Shown here piece after piece: positions 13,988-26,790 of a stretch of DNA of 64,000 nt (its first letter is position 1; each line of letters opens with the position of its first letter). The stretch covers positions 180,668,001 to 180,732,000 of the forward strand of contig NC_042998.1 of NCBI RefSeq assembly GCF_006345805.1, written 5' to 3'. The position numbers and the translations under genes are program-made. Below the pieces are notes generated by a model. That model made no database searches, was not told the origin of the DNA, and worked only from the letters and a program-made list of their open reading frames with translations. This DNA is from Octopus sinensis (Eukaryota).

Positions 13988-14062
13988 CAGGTCAGTGCCT
14001 GGAATCGAACTCGGAATCTTAGGGCTAGTAGCCCGCGCTCTTAACCACTACGCCATATGCCC
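13988..14062 (-). other. tRNA-like pol III head (not a functional tRNA)
   Basis: gggcatatggcgtagtggttaagagcgcgggctactagccctaagattccgagttcgattccaggcactgacc: A-box tggcgtagtgg, B-box gagttcgattc; acceptor stem imperfect. Confidence 0.7.
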
Positions 14063-14569
14063 GTGGGCAATATAAATCTAATATTCTCCTATCCTTCTTC
14101 AATACTGGTTCACATATGCTATTCATATCTGGACTCGATCTGCTAAGGAGGTTGTTGAGTCCTAGTATATGTGCTGGCTCTTTTAGTTTTCGTGTTTTCC
14201 AGTGGTGGTCTCTGTCTATTATTTTAACTTCATCCCACAGGAGGAGGTGTCACCATTTTTCCATACATGATCAACTACACCCCATTTATCAATATATTCT
14301 CGTGTCACAGCTTTGCTATGTTCATCTACATTTATTTTGAGGGGGCGGCATGTTTCGCCTTTGTATAACCTACCACAGCTGCATGGTATAGTGTACATGC
14401 AGCTTTGGGTCATATTCTCGTCTATTGGTGGTTTTACTCGGAGATATTTGTGAATAAACTTGTCAATCTACTTCATTCTGATAATATTTATAAGAATGAG
14501 TTTATTCCTCCACAAAGTATAGAAGCAAAAAATACCGTTCACTTGATGACAATGGCACTCTTCCTTTTT

Positions 14570-14646
<77 letters not shown>

Positions 14647-14650
14647 TAAT

Positions 14651-15850
14651 CACCCAAAATCTGACATAGAAAGACTATATATACAACGTATAGAACGTGG
14701 TAGAGGCCTTATACAGCTGGAAAACTACTATAAAATAACCACCATAGGACTGCAAAAATATCTACTTCAGAAGGAAGGAAAACTGATACAAATAGCGGCA
14801 AAACACGAGCAAAACAAAAAACTGTTCTCAGTATTTAAGGAAGCTGACAAATACAAACAAGAAATCATACCACCTAACAAATATAAAGAAGAAGAAGAAG
14901 AAGAAGATGAAGAAACAACAAAAGCTATAAAACAAATGAAATCCAAACTAAAACTAGAACAGCAAAGAACCATGATAAAACGATGGCAAGAAAAACCCCT
15001 CCACTGTAAATACTGGACTAAACTAAATGCAAAAGAAATAGACAAAGAAAAATCCCAGCAATGGTTGAGAAGCTCAGGACTCAAAGCAGAGACAGAGGGA
15101 TTTTTAATTGCAGCACAAGGCCAAAGCCTCCCCACCAGAAATTACCAAAAACATGTAATGAAAAGAAATATAACAAGTAACTGCAGAATATGTGGAGATG
15201 GACAAGAAACAATAAATCATATTATCTCTGGCTGCCCAGTCCTGGCTAAGAAGGAATATATTCACAGACATGACAGAGTTGGAACCTACATACACTGAAA
15301 GCTATGCCAACATTATGGAATAACAACAGAAAAAAGATGGTATAGGCACACACCAGAAAAGGTCACAGAAAACGAGAAAGCAACCATACTCTGGGATATG
15401 CCGATACACACAGATAGAGAAATTAAAGCCAACAGACAAGATATAGTTGTCAGAGATCATGAAGGAAAAAAATGCTTTCTCATTGATGTATCAATACCGG
15501 CAGATGACAACGTGTCTCTAAAAGAAATGGAGAAACTTTCAAAATACAAAGACCTGGAAATGGAGGTAACCAGAATGTGGAATCTAAAAGCAGAAACAAT
15601 TCCTATCATAGTAGGTGCATTAGGCATGATAAAAAAATATTCAGACAAATACATAACAAAAACACCAGGACTTAGAAACACATATAACATACAGAAAATT
15701 GCACTACTAGGCACTGCGCACATCCTACGCAGAACACTTTCCATACAATAACCATCAGAGCATCACAACAAATCACAGCACATACCCAAGGCACACAGAG
15801 CTGCGCTCGGTAGTGAAGTGAAAGCTCGCTATAAAAAATAAAACTACTGA
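14651..15850 (+). mobile_element. R4/Dong-type retrotransposon, 5'-truncated (tandem copy 1)
   Basis: HPKSDIERLYIQRIERGRGL, CRICG...HIISGC, RQDIVV...DVSIP; premature stop at 15296-15298; ends in (AAT)n. Confidence 0.9.
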
Positions 15851-15885
15851 ATAATAATAATAATAATGATGATAATAATAATAAT

Positions 15886-16493
15886 ATGGCTAAGAAGGAA
15901 TATATCACAGACACGACAGAGTTGGGACCTATATACACTGGAAACTATGCCAACATTATGGAATAACAACAGAAAAAAGATGGTATATGCACACACCAGA
16001 AAAGGTCACAGAAAACGAGAAAGCAACCATACTCTGGGATATGCCGATACACACAGATAGAGAAATTAAAGCCAACAGACCAGATATAGTTGTCAGAGAT
16101 CATGAAGGAAAAAAATGCTTTCTCATTGATGTATCAATACCGGCAGATGACAACGTGTCTCTAAAAGAAATGGAGAAACTTTCAAAATACAAAGACCTGG
16201 AAATGGAGGTAACCAGAATGTGGAATCTAAAAGCAGAAACAATTCCTATCATAGTAGGTGCATTAGGCATGATAAAAAAATATTCAGACAAATACATAAC
16301 AAAAACACCAGGACTTACAAACACATATAACATACAGAAAATTGCACTACTAGGCACTGCGCACATCCTACGCAGAACACTTTCCATACAATAACCATCA
16401 GAGCATCACAACAAATCACAGCACATACCCAAGGCACACAGAGCTGCGCTCGGTAGTGAGGTGAAAGCTCGCTATAAAAAATAAAACTACTGA
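15886..16493 (+). mobile_element. R4/Dong-type 3' fragment (tandem copy 2)
   Basis: ORF 15987-16394 RLE domain; same 5' truncation and spacer as copy 3. Confidence 0.9.
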
Positions 16494-16531
16494 ATAATAA
16501 TAATAATAATAATGATGATAATAATAATAAT

Positions 16532-17138
16532 ATGGCTAAGAAGGAATATATTCACAGACACGACAGAGTTGGGACCTATATACACTGGAAACTATGCCAA
16601 CATTATGGAATAACAACAGAAAAAAGATGGTATATGCACACACCAGAAAAGGACACAGAAAACGAGAAAGCAACCATACTCTGGGATATGCCAATACACA
16701 CAGATAGAGAAATTAAGGCCAACAGACCAGATATAGTTGTCAGAGATCATGAAGAAAAAAATGTTTTCTAATTGATGTATCAATACCAGCGGATGACAAC
16801 GTGTCTCTAAAAGAAATGGAAAAACTTTCAAAATACAAAGACCTGGAAATAGAGGTAACCAGAATGTGGAATCTAAAAGCAGAAACAATTCCTATCATAA
16901 TAGGTACATTAGGCATGATAAAAAACTATTCAGACAAATACATAACAAAAACACCAGGACTTACAAACACATATAACATACAGAAAATTGCACTACTAGG
17001 CACTGCACACATCCTACGCAGAACACTTTCCATACAATAACCATGAGAGCATCACAACAAATCACAGCACATACCCAAGGCACACAGAGCTGTGCTTGGT
17101 AGTGAAGTGAAAGCACGATATAAAAAATATACTACTGG
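16532..17138 (+). mobile_element. R4/Dong-type 3' fragment (tandem copy 3)
   Basis: ORFs 16532-16771 and 16801-17040 are frameshifted halves of the RLE region. Confidence 0.9.
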
Positions 17139-17195
17139 ATAATAATAATATTAATAATAATAACAATAATAATAATAATAATGATAATAATGATG

Positions 17196-17249
<54 letters not shown>

Positions 17250-17410
17250 TAATAATAATGATGATGATGATGATAATAACAAGAAGAAGAAGAAGAGAAG
17301 AAGAAGAAGAGAGAAGAAGAAGAAGAGAAGAAGAAGAAGAGAGAAGAAGAAGAAGAAGAAGAAGAAGAAGAAGAAGAAGAAGAAGAAGAAGAAGAAGAAG
17401 AAGAAGAAGA
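17139..17410. repeat. (AAT)n to (AAG)n compound microsatellite
   Basis: Direct reading. Confidence 0.95.
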
Positions 17411-17414
17411 ATCG

Positions 17415-19005
17415 AATATCCTAGACTTTCCCAAAACCACTACCAGTTGTGGCGATTCAATCAGGTAGCGAAAGTGCTACGTTGGAAACTATTGCGCTAC
17501 CTGTTGAGGAGAAATCACAATTTAAGAGAACAAAAAATGATAGAGCAAAAGAACCATAGTGGAAATGACGCATTCAAAAAGGGACATAACGCGGGTAAGG
17601 CAAGATCTAGGAAAAATTGAGCAATGGTTAAGAGGAAACTAGAAAAAAATGGGAAAATGACCGAGAATTTAGAGAATATAAAATATTCTCTAAATATTTT
17701 ATATTTAGAGAAGAAATATAAAATACGGAAGAACGGGTTTGATGCAGTAATAGAGCAGCTAAAACAGAGGATCATGACAAAAAGCAGGAAGATCAGAAGA
17801 TTTGTGAAAAGAAATAAGCAGTTCGAGGAGACCAGATTGTTCAAAAATAACCCGAAGCTATTCTTCCGAACATTAGAAGGAGATATTGGGGAAAATGTTG
17901 CACCTGATGCAAATCAAACCAAGGAGTTCTGGAGTTCTGGAGCGGATTATAGGAAAACAATGAGACATATAAAAGGGATGTGGATAGGAAATATCAATAC
18001 AGAATTACAAGGAGGAAAGAAAGAAAGGAATATTGTCATAAGCACATGTGACGTGAAAGAACAAATGGGTAAAGTGCTTAACTGGAAAGCCCCCGAATCA
18101 GATAGGATTCATGGTTTCTGGCTGAAGAGATGCCATGCGGTGCATTAAAGACTAGCAGCCCAATTGAATGAGTGTGTCTAGAAAGGTACAGTCCCCGTGT
18201 GGATGGTGACTGGGACAGCAACACTTGCAATGAAAGATAGAAAGAATATTGTGGGAAAATACCGTCCCATAGCATGCCTAAACATAATCTGGAAGATACT
18301 CACTGGAATATGTGCGGCAAAGACATACTCTTTCCTGGCACAAGAAGAAATACTAACAAAGGAACAAAAAGGATGTAGGAAGAGTTCTCAGGGTACCAAG
18401 GACCACCTGGTCATCGATAAAACAGTTTTGAGGTATTGTAAATGAACATCATAGAAACATGTCTATTACTTGGATTGACTTTAAGAGGCATAGGATATGG
18501 TGCCTCATTCTTGGATCGTTGAATGACTGCAAATGTTTGGTGTTGCTGACAACATCACAAATTTTCTGATGCATCGCATGAAAGAGTGGAAAACCAAATG
18601 GTACTCAAGTAATGTTTTCTTTGGAGAAGTTAATATTAAAAGGGGAATCTTCCAAGGCGACTCGTTTTCTCTGTTACTTTTTGTAATTGCACTAATACCC
18701 ATAACAATATCACTTAGGAAAGTTAAGATGGCTTTCCGATGTGGGAAGAAAGACCCATAATTGAACCATCTTCGAGAGGGTAATGTAAAAGTGATAGCAG
18801 TAGTGACCGGATCGTTGGGTTCAATCCCATTGAAACTTCAAGACTTCTTAAGGCAACTGAAAACCCCATGCAAGATTGATGTCTTGCAAAAAGCAGCCTT
18901 ATTGAGCACGGCTTACATCTTAAGGAAAGTATCTGAGGTCCTTGTTGTGACTTTACAGATGACTAAAGACTGCGATACATTTTTACCTACACTGTGTTAC
19001 GAAGG
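17415..19005 (+). mobile_element. Decayed R4/Dong-type element of a second family: RT N-half joined by internal deletion to the RLE tail
   Basis: NWKAPESDRIHGFW, YRPIACLNIIWKILT, EQKGC, GIFQGDSFSLLLFVIAL, then jumps to VIAVVTGSLG...LQKAALLSTAYILRKV; several stops and frameshifts. Confidence 0.85.
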
Positions 19006-19030
19006 AATAATGATAATAATAATAATAATA

Positions 19031-19083
<53 letters not shown>

Positions 19084-19111
19084 TTAAAAATAATAATTAT
19101 TATTATTATTA

Positions 19112-19327
19112 TTTCTAATCTAGGAACAAGGCATGAACATTTTTGTGGGTAACGGGGCTAGTCGATTACATTGACATCAGTGCGCAACTGGTGCTTATTT
19201 CAAAAGGACCTCGAAAGGATGAAAGGCAAAGTCGACCTCGGCGGAATTTGAACTCAGAACGTAGCGACAGGCGAAATACCGCTAAGCATTTCGTCCGGCG
19301 CCTTAACGACTTAGCCAGCTGGCCGCC

Positions 19328-19328
<1 letters not shown>
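19112..19328 (-). mobile_element. SINE family A (short-tail variant)
   Basis: Reverse complement of family A, inserted in (AAT)n. Confidence 0.85.
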
Positions 19329-19398
<70 letters not shown>

Positions 19399-20660
19399 AA
19401 GAAGAAGAAGAAGAAGAAGAAGAAGAAGAAGAAGAAGAAGAAGAAGAATCGTAATTTCAAAATAATGCTGATAGCAATTACAAGACGAACAACGACAGTC
19501 ATGACACTGTAATATCTCTTAATTTCATATTCCTGTGTTGTTCATTATATTTACCATCAAAATAGAACAATCCTAATTTTGAAAAATATAACTATTAACA
19601 TAATGTGATTTTAATATTTTTCCTTGTCTTTTCGTTTTTCGGTTAAAAACAATTAGAGCCCGAAGATGTGATATTGTCATCAGTGATAAAGTAGCCTATA
19701 GTGCGACATTAGTTGATCGTGTTGATATGGAAGTGAGATGTGGCGTGTTGGTAATTGGTTGGAGCGACTAAAAGCCATAAAAACAAAGATGTCAAAACCT
19801 TGAAATCTGCTTGAGCTGGCGTCGGTAGAAAATAGCGGTGACATTGACTGGAGGGAGGATTGGTGGGAAAAAGACAGAGAGAGGAGGGGGGGCTGAGTAT
19901 GTGTGTATGTGTATGGATGTGTATGTGTGTGTGTGTGTTTCGCCTGTTTGTGTAGTGAAGCAATAAAAAAAAAATATGACTAAGTCCATTGCAGCCATAA
20001 AGGAAAAGGAATGACGCTGCGAAAAAGTAGTTCTTGTACCCACCCAATTTCCATTAAAACGAACTCAACACAATGAAAGGAGAACAAAAAAATAGGATAT
20101 AGAAAAAAAAACATGGAAAAAAGAAAAGTAGATTGATAGAAAAAATAATACAAAGAATAAACAAAAGCGAGAAGAGGAGCCTCTGGTTATTCACTTATAC
20201 TCAATCAAAGAATTTTTGCTGGTACGTCGCCCTGACTATTGACCTAGTCTTTCTGTTTAAAAAAGCGTGTTATCTCTAAAACTATTTCCCTCATGGCGTG
20301 AACACTGTGAATATCTTGTGCTATCTACGAAATAATTTTTTCGTAGCCTTCGCGCTTTTGATAGAGATGCAGAAGAGTTTTAATATCTAAATTATGGAGA
20401 TACAGATACACAGAAATACAGCAAGAAAATTTATACATGAATATACCCACTTGGTCGATTGCGAAGAGAAGAAAATAAAAATATTGCTGTTCAAAAAACA
20501 AATGTATTTAATTTTAGAAAGGAATCTATACTAGAAATTAAATAAAACTGATCGGTGGAGGTCACCAGAGGAATGTCACGGGACAATACATACATACATA
20601 CAAACTTGCATATACACCCGTATATATGTGTGTATGTGTGTGTGTGTGCTTATGTCTGTG

Positions 20661-20700
<40 letters not shown>

Positions 20701-20702
<2 letters not shown>

Positions 20703-20873
20703 TAAACAGTAAAAATAATTACAGACATGGACAAGAACATGAAACACCACAGAGACGACACTAGAACCACAGGACGGGACATTCGAAGCCCTCAGTCATC
20801 AGTCAAGAACCAGATCATCTTAGCAATTTCGGCTGATTAATCTTGAGATTGCTCCGATATGGCCAGCCCGCCA
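20701..20873 (-). mobile_element. Solo terminal repeat of the 770-bp family (see 42617-43571) in (TA)n
   Basis: Near-identical to 42618-42790 and 43388-43561; flanked by (TA)n. Confidence 0.85.
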
Positions 20874-20875
20874 TA

Positions 20876-20920
<45 letters not shown>

Positions 20921-22149
20921 GTGCGTGTGTGTGTATATGTACGCATGATGCATGTATGTAAAGTTATGAAATTGCTTTCCCATGATTCACGATACGTCAT
21001 GTGTATGTGTATGTGTGTATTCATGTGTGAGAAAGAGACGTCTGTTGTATATGTATGTGTGTGTGCGCGCACTTGTGTGTGGCTATGGGTGCATGTGCAT
21101 CTACATATGTGTGTATGTAGTAACCATTATTTTCCCATTATTTTAAAAGTATGTCTGTGAACATCTGATAAATGAGTTTATCTGTAAAATTATTGTTAAG
21201 TTGACCAGTAAGTAAGAATAAAATTATTTCCATATTTGTTTATGACAAAGTTACGTACAATAATATATGGATGCGGTAAGATATAAATAATGTATTAGTC
21301 TAGAGATTTTTTATTTATCTATCTTAAATCATTTTTCTGTGAGTGTCGAGAGAAAGGTGATGCTACTATGGACATAGCAGGCCCTCTCAGACCAGCGTAG
21401 TTCGTTACTTCAACACTGTAAGTCGACGGGGAAAAGTTGGTCAAGGAAGGAATTCAAAAGCATCAACATTCTAGGGCAGAAGATTAGAAAGAGGTGGATA
21501 TAATCTAAGTAGCAGACGGATGTGAGACAACGGAGAGAGGAGTATATGAAAAAAAGGCGACTCGATATCAGTTAGTTCAACTGAACAAAGGTCACCATAG
21601 TAGCGGTAAAGATCCGAGTGAGGATACAACACATACGTGTATCAGATTTAGGGCGTGGTTACGAGTGACATCACCTCATTCAGTTCGGTTATGCAACCGA
21701 GAGGCTGTGCGGTGTATGTAGTAGAAGTACAGTTCTCATTCTGTTCTCACTCATCTTCATTCTCATTCAAGATGTATAATTTAAAATATAGTTTCATATT
21801 TCTTAAATGATTCCATGAAGATATATATCTTACTTAACTTGGGTTTCGGATATTATTGGCCCATGTTACATCTAATTTCAGTTTTTTAACTTGCAAGTAC
21901 GTTTTAAATGGAGCTATTTCATTTGAATATACACCTGAAATGTATAAATGCGAGGCGGCCACATAATTTTTCTGTTTACAGTTGAAAATAACGATTTTTC
22001 TGCAATTAGTGAGCCGTCGACTCACATCCATGAGACAACAGTTTCGTGTCCTCCAGGAGTATAACCAAACGAAATTATTCATATACATACATACATACAT
22101 ACATTTGCAAAATTTATGGTGATGATACTGTATGTGAATCAACTGTTCG

Positions 22150-22498
22150 AAGATGGTTTGCAAAATGTAAAGTTGGAGAATTTAGCTTGTAAGGTGACGG
22201 TTGCAGTGGAAAGCTTTCAAAATTGGATGAATATGTGTTGAAGGCAAATGTCGAAGAAAAACCAAACTTCTGCCAAATGTAAACATAACAGGTCGGATAT
22301 TGTTGTTTGGGACAAAGGGCAAAGGTATGTACCATCATAGAGGTCAGCTGCCTTGCAGATATAGATATCTCGTTGAAAATTCAAGAAAAAGTGGATATCT
22401 ATGGGCAACTGCTTCGAAACCTCCAGCTTCCGTATCCAGACAATGAATTCATATTCATACGAATAATAATTGGAGCACTAAGTTTTATAAAAAGCTGA
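22150..22498 (+). mobile_element. Degenerate RLE-domain fragment of a non-LTR retrotransposon
   Basis: Across a frameshift: RSDIVVWDK / AKVCTIIEVSCLADIDISLKIQEKVDIYGQL...IIIGAL. Confidence 0.65.
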
Positions 22499-23580
22499 TA
22501 ACATTTCTGATCATTTTACTGCGACTGTGTTGCATAAGTGAGCTGTGTCTTCTGTCTACACCTATCTTCAGTTAGGTGAAGAGGGTTTTAGAAAGTCATG
22601 AGTTTTTGTCCTACACATATTATTGCATTGTAAGTAATTTTTGCTAACTGCCAAATCTCTGGCTAAATTGTAAGCATTTTATCAGATAGTTTCATCTGTA
22701 TATATCAAAACATTCTAGAATTGTGACAACACAATTAATAGTGTTCTTCCTCTCAAGTGTCAGAAAATACTTGAAACATCTAACATTGAAACCTACAATG
22801 GAGTGGTGTTTTCATAAGCAGATATATAAAATTGTATCGCAGAACACGCAAATAATTAACGTGAAGTCACTTAGTTTCATATTCCAACTCTGATTCACAG
22901 ACTTGATGCTTCTTCGTTCTGTTTTTCCACCGCTACTTCAGTATACTGTACAGGTTGGTGTGCTAATTTCTTTCAATCATTTTCACTTAATCGCTTCTAT
23001 TTTCTTCTTATCTATATTCAGTCAATTCCTTCAGACCCAGCACTAATCACAATGCCTTCTCTTTTTCTCTGCAGCACATCAAGCGTGAAAATTTCCCCGT
23101 TCATGTTTTTTTATTGCAGTAATCAACTAGTAGCAATTCCAAAAGAACTTTGACACCTCGATTTCGGTGATTTCAGAGGACCTGATAAAAACAAGCTGCA
23201 CGCCCAAGTGACAAAACAATGGGATTTACTGGAACTGTCACTTTTCAATGGGTCTATCAATCTTGAAAAGGACCCCTAAGACATATGAAAAATTAATTCA
23301 TTCACTATTAATGCACCCCAAAACATTCAATATAGAACGACTAAATGGTTGGGGATCGATACTGTGTCAAACGTTTATGAGATATTGGTATCTGAGATGT
23401 ATTAAATAGTAGTGTCCAATGGATGAATATGTGATAATGTAATAACTGCCTGTGATTTAAATAGTCTCAAACCTTCATCATACTGCAGTGTAGAGAAGGT
23501 GCGAGCATTTCAAAGAGACTTAGTAACTTCATTAGATTTTCTCAAACGCTTCAGAGGGTAGAAAGCGTTTTACTTTAAAA

Positions 23581-24068
23581 CTAGCAGTATAGCCCGGCGT
23601 TGCTCGGCTTGTTTTTTAGTTGCGCTTAAAACGGCAGACTTTGATGTCGCGTTAATGAAGTTTTGTTCGCTCAAAACCAATGACATCACAAAAAAATTAT
23701 TTTCGACCCTTTAGGATTGGAATTTTTGAAAAGTAAAAATGTTGCATTATGTAGCTTGTTATTTTCTTTAAGTGAACATTTTTTCTGGTTGAAATACACC
23801 GAGAAATGGCAACATAGCAAGCAAAAAATCGTATAAAAAAGGGATTTTCATAGAAAAAAAAGCACCTTTTTGATGTAAATAATTTTTGGTCTTAACATGG
23901 TCCGATTTGAAATTTTTCTTCTACGGAATGAAGAGCAAGCCTTCTTCTATCATACTCTCAATTTTGGTCAACTTGCATCGCAGGTTATCGGAGGAGATAG
24001 AGTTAGTTGAAGGCAACCAAACCTGCCACATACACACACAGACAACTTCAGCTTTATATATATATAGA
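23581..24068 (-). mobile_element. Non-autonomous Helitron
   Basis: Minus strand starts TC (a|tctatatata), ends with hairpin ccgagcaacgccggg plus CTAG|t; inserted between A and T with no TSD. Confidence 0.8.
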
Positions 24069-24315
24069 TAACTTTCAACGTTGGTGTGAGTCGGAACTCT
24101 AATATTGTTAAAAGTACATCTCATCTTTGTTAATAGCAATATGCTTACACCTTGTATTTATTGGGGATAAATACAAATTAGGAACTTCGAAATAGAGTGG
24201 TGAAGCAGAAACCCAATGTCATCTGATATAAAACATATAAGGGAAAAACTTATAATTCTATGGAGTCTTATATTTGTTAACAATGCACGGTAGAATTGCT
24301 ATTGCGTTGCCTTAA

Positions 24316-24395
<80 letters not shown>

Positions 24396-25145
24396 GTTTA
24401 TACTAGAGAACTGGAATTGACGTAGTGTTACATTTCCAAATTTGATAGATTACATAATCTTTGTCAGACCAAGACTAAAGAATTTTCCAGCTTTTCGACT
24501 TTTCCCGAGGTTAGAGAGTGTTTGATTGATCAGCTGACTGACATATTGGTTAAAGTTCATATATGTATATTTGCTATCGAAATAAACCTTCAGGCTTTTC
24601 TTTTGAAACAGCAAATACACTAATATGTAATAGTATTTCCTATAGCAACTGTTAAACCAAATTTGAGAGTTTTATATTAAAAGGACAGTGGGATTTGTTA
24701 TATAGTTTACCGTATTTTCCTCGGGATATGTTAGTATGAATCTTTTAAAGAAACAAATATTGTACCTGAAACAAGCAATTGTTAGAAAAAGTATATATAA
24801 AGGTTATTCAATTTCAGTCTCGTGATTTCATTTTGAATGTTTAACCTGTCACTATATTGAATGAGAGAAAGAAAGAGACAGTGAGAGATATCGATAAAAT
24901 GAGAGAAAGTCTTTACTGCCTAAGTTTATAAATATCGACCTGCTGTCAGAACTGTCCAAGGTTCGTATCTCATCAATAACAATGATGATCAAAACATTTA
25001 AAAAGTACCTTCATAAGGACATTTTTTTTTAAAGGAAGTGCATTCTAAGAAATTTAATTTCTTTCATGAGACACAGCCCAAATTTTGAAGCACATATTTG
25101 ATTTTGAAAAATTAAAATAATATGCTTTTCCTTGCTGTAGAATAA

Positions 25146-25305
25146 TCCTTTCTACTAAAAGCACAAGGCGTGAAATTTGGGTGAGGGGGGCTAGTCGATA
25201 TCGTCGACCCCAGTACTCAACTGGTAGTTAGTTTATCGACTCCGGAGGAATGAAAGGCAAAGCCGACCTCGGCGGAATTTGAACTCAGAACGTAATTGCA
25301 GTTGA
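25146..25305 (-). mobile_element. SINE family A (head-truncated)
   Basis: atgaaaggcaaagccgacctcggcggaatttgaactcagaacg. Confidence 0.8.
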
Positions 25306-26619
25306 ATAATATTTATTGCCTTTATATAGCACACTTTCTTAGCAAGTCAGGTGATCGGCAACTCAGTGACTGTTTTCAAGATGGCGATTTCCCTATAAGG
25401 AAAATACTGAATATAATGAATATAAATTAAAATTATCGATAGGAAGATTGTAGCATACAAATCCTTGTAGGTATTTCACAGATATTTACAAATAAATTAC
25501 TTGTAACTCGGTTAAACACAGTAAACAAGTGCTTGAGGCATATCTAGAAAGAGTTTTTTCTTTTTTCTTAAGGGGATCATAAACATATTTAAGCAAATCT
25601 AGATATAGGATTGTTTCTTCCACAAGAAAGGTTCTTTTTTTCAATAAGGTTTCCTTCCATTATGACATTGATGTACATCTTAAGAAGTATAAGATCTCAA
25701 TTTGACCTTCATAAGATACAGAATATTCATGAGAGTATGTACATGTGTATGTGTAAGAGAGAGAAAAAGAGATATAGAGATGAGAGAGAGAGAGAGGGAG
25801 AGAGAGAGATACACTAATATAAGATTAGGTTATGAGAATTGCTATATATTCGGTAAGACGAGGCTTCTAATAACGTATTTTGCCTCGAGGAGAAAATACA
25901 AATGACAGACGTAAAGAGAGAGAGAGAGTGTGTATGTGGGGTGAGGTATGTGTATGTGCGTGCATATGTGTGTGAGCGTGCGTGAGGAGGAGAGCGTGTG
26001 TGAGTATGTGTGCGTGCCTATGTGTGCATATGTGTGTCTGTCTGTCTGTCTGTGTCTATGGCTGTGTATTAGAAGGAGATGGCAAAGGGAAATGGAAGAG
26101 AGGATGCTGTGAAAGAAAAAAGCAGAAGTTACGTGGATGAATATTCGTTATCGTATTTAATTTGAAATGTTAGCTTCCGATGGCTAACCTTTTCATGTAT
26201 ATCTTTTTTAAATAGGGATAAGGAAAATTATATTTCTAAGAACACCTAAACTAACAGGTTCTAAGATATGGTCAAAGCTGTTTAAGCTGTGAATCAAGTA
26301 TTTAATATACACTGTATCGATGATACACATGTCTCGTTCCTTTTTAATACACTGGGTTGTGTTTATCGGGACATTTACTATTTATACATGGGCAAGAGAA
26401 TCTTCAATTATTTTATTCATTGGTTCGTAATCAACATTTGTTGGTCTCTTCCGAGTAAACTTACAAGTCCACACAAATTCCATAACAATCGCCGTCTATA
26501 ATAATTTAACTCCAATCGAAGGCATAATTTGTTCTATTCACAACACCTATATATTTCGTAAGAAACTGAATGATAAACTGAAACCAAATCGAAAACATAT
26601 TCTATTATTATTACATTAT

Positions 26620-26790
26620 GTTATTGAAAGGAATTGACAGACAGAGATTCAAGAGGGCCAGTCTCTTCAGTAGCTCTGTCCTAATTGCGATTTTATATGC
26701 AAATGAGGTATGGGCTACTACCAAGCTGGAGTAACAGCGACTGGCAACGAAGAAGTCCATCAGTAGAATATTTGGAAGGAAATACAGATA
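26620..26790 (+). mobile_element. Probable RTE-clade LINE fragment (post-RT region)
   Basis: KRASLFSSSVLIAILYANEVWATTKLE*QRL resembles the RTE-type LF..V...LYxxE.W motif. Confidence 0.5.

Larger units (their letters stand above)
13786..14455 (-). mobile_element. Penelope-like element 3' end: GIY-YIG endonuclease, tRNA-like segment, (AAT)n, hammerhead
   Basis: MYTIPCSCGRLYKGETCRPLKINVDEH...DHVWKNG, a one-base frameshift, then LWDEVKIIDRDHHWKTRKLKE...; HHR-like ctgatga...gaaac at 13805-13850. Confidence 0.85.

Noticed and set aside
13988-14062. Functional tRNA gene
   Set aside because: Acceptor and T stems pair poorly and it is embedded in a retroelement; kept only as tRNA-like.
14405-14650. 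N-terminal part of the 297-aa ORF as a fused protein
   Set aside because: Chance read-through of antisense or unrelated sequence and (AAT)n into the truncated LINE frame.
23100-23280. Possible very old RLE tail remnant
   Set aside because: Similarity too weak to support by eye.
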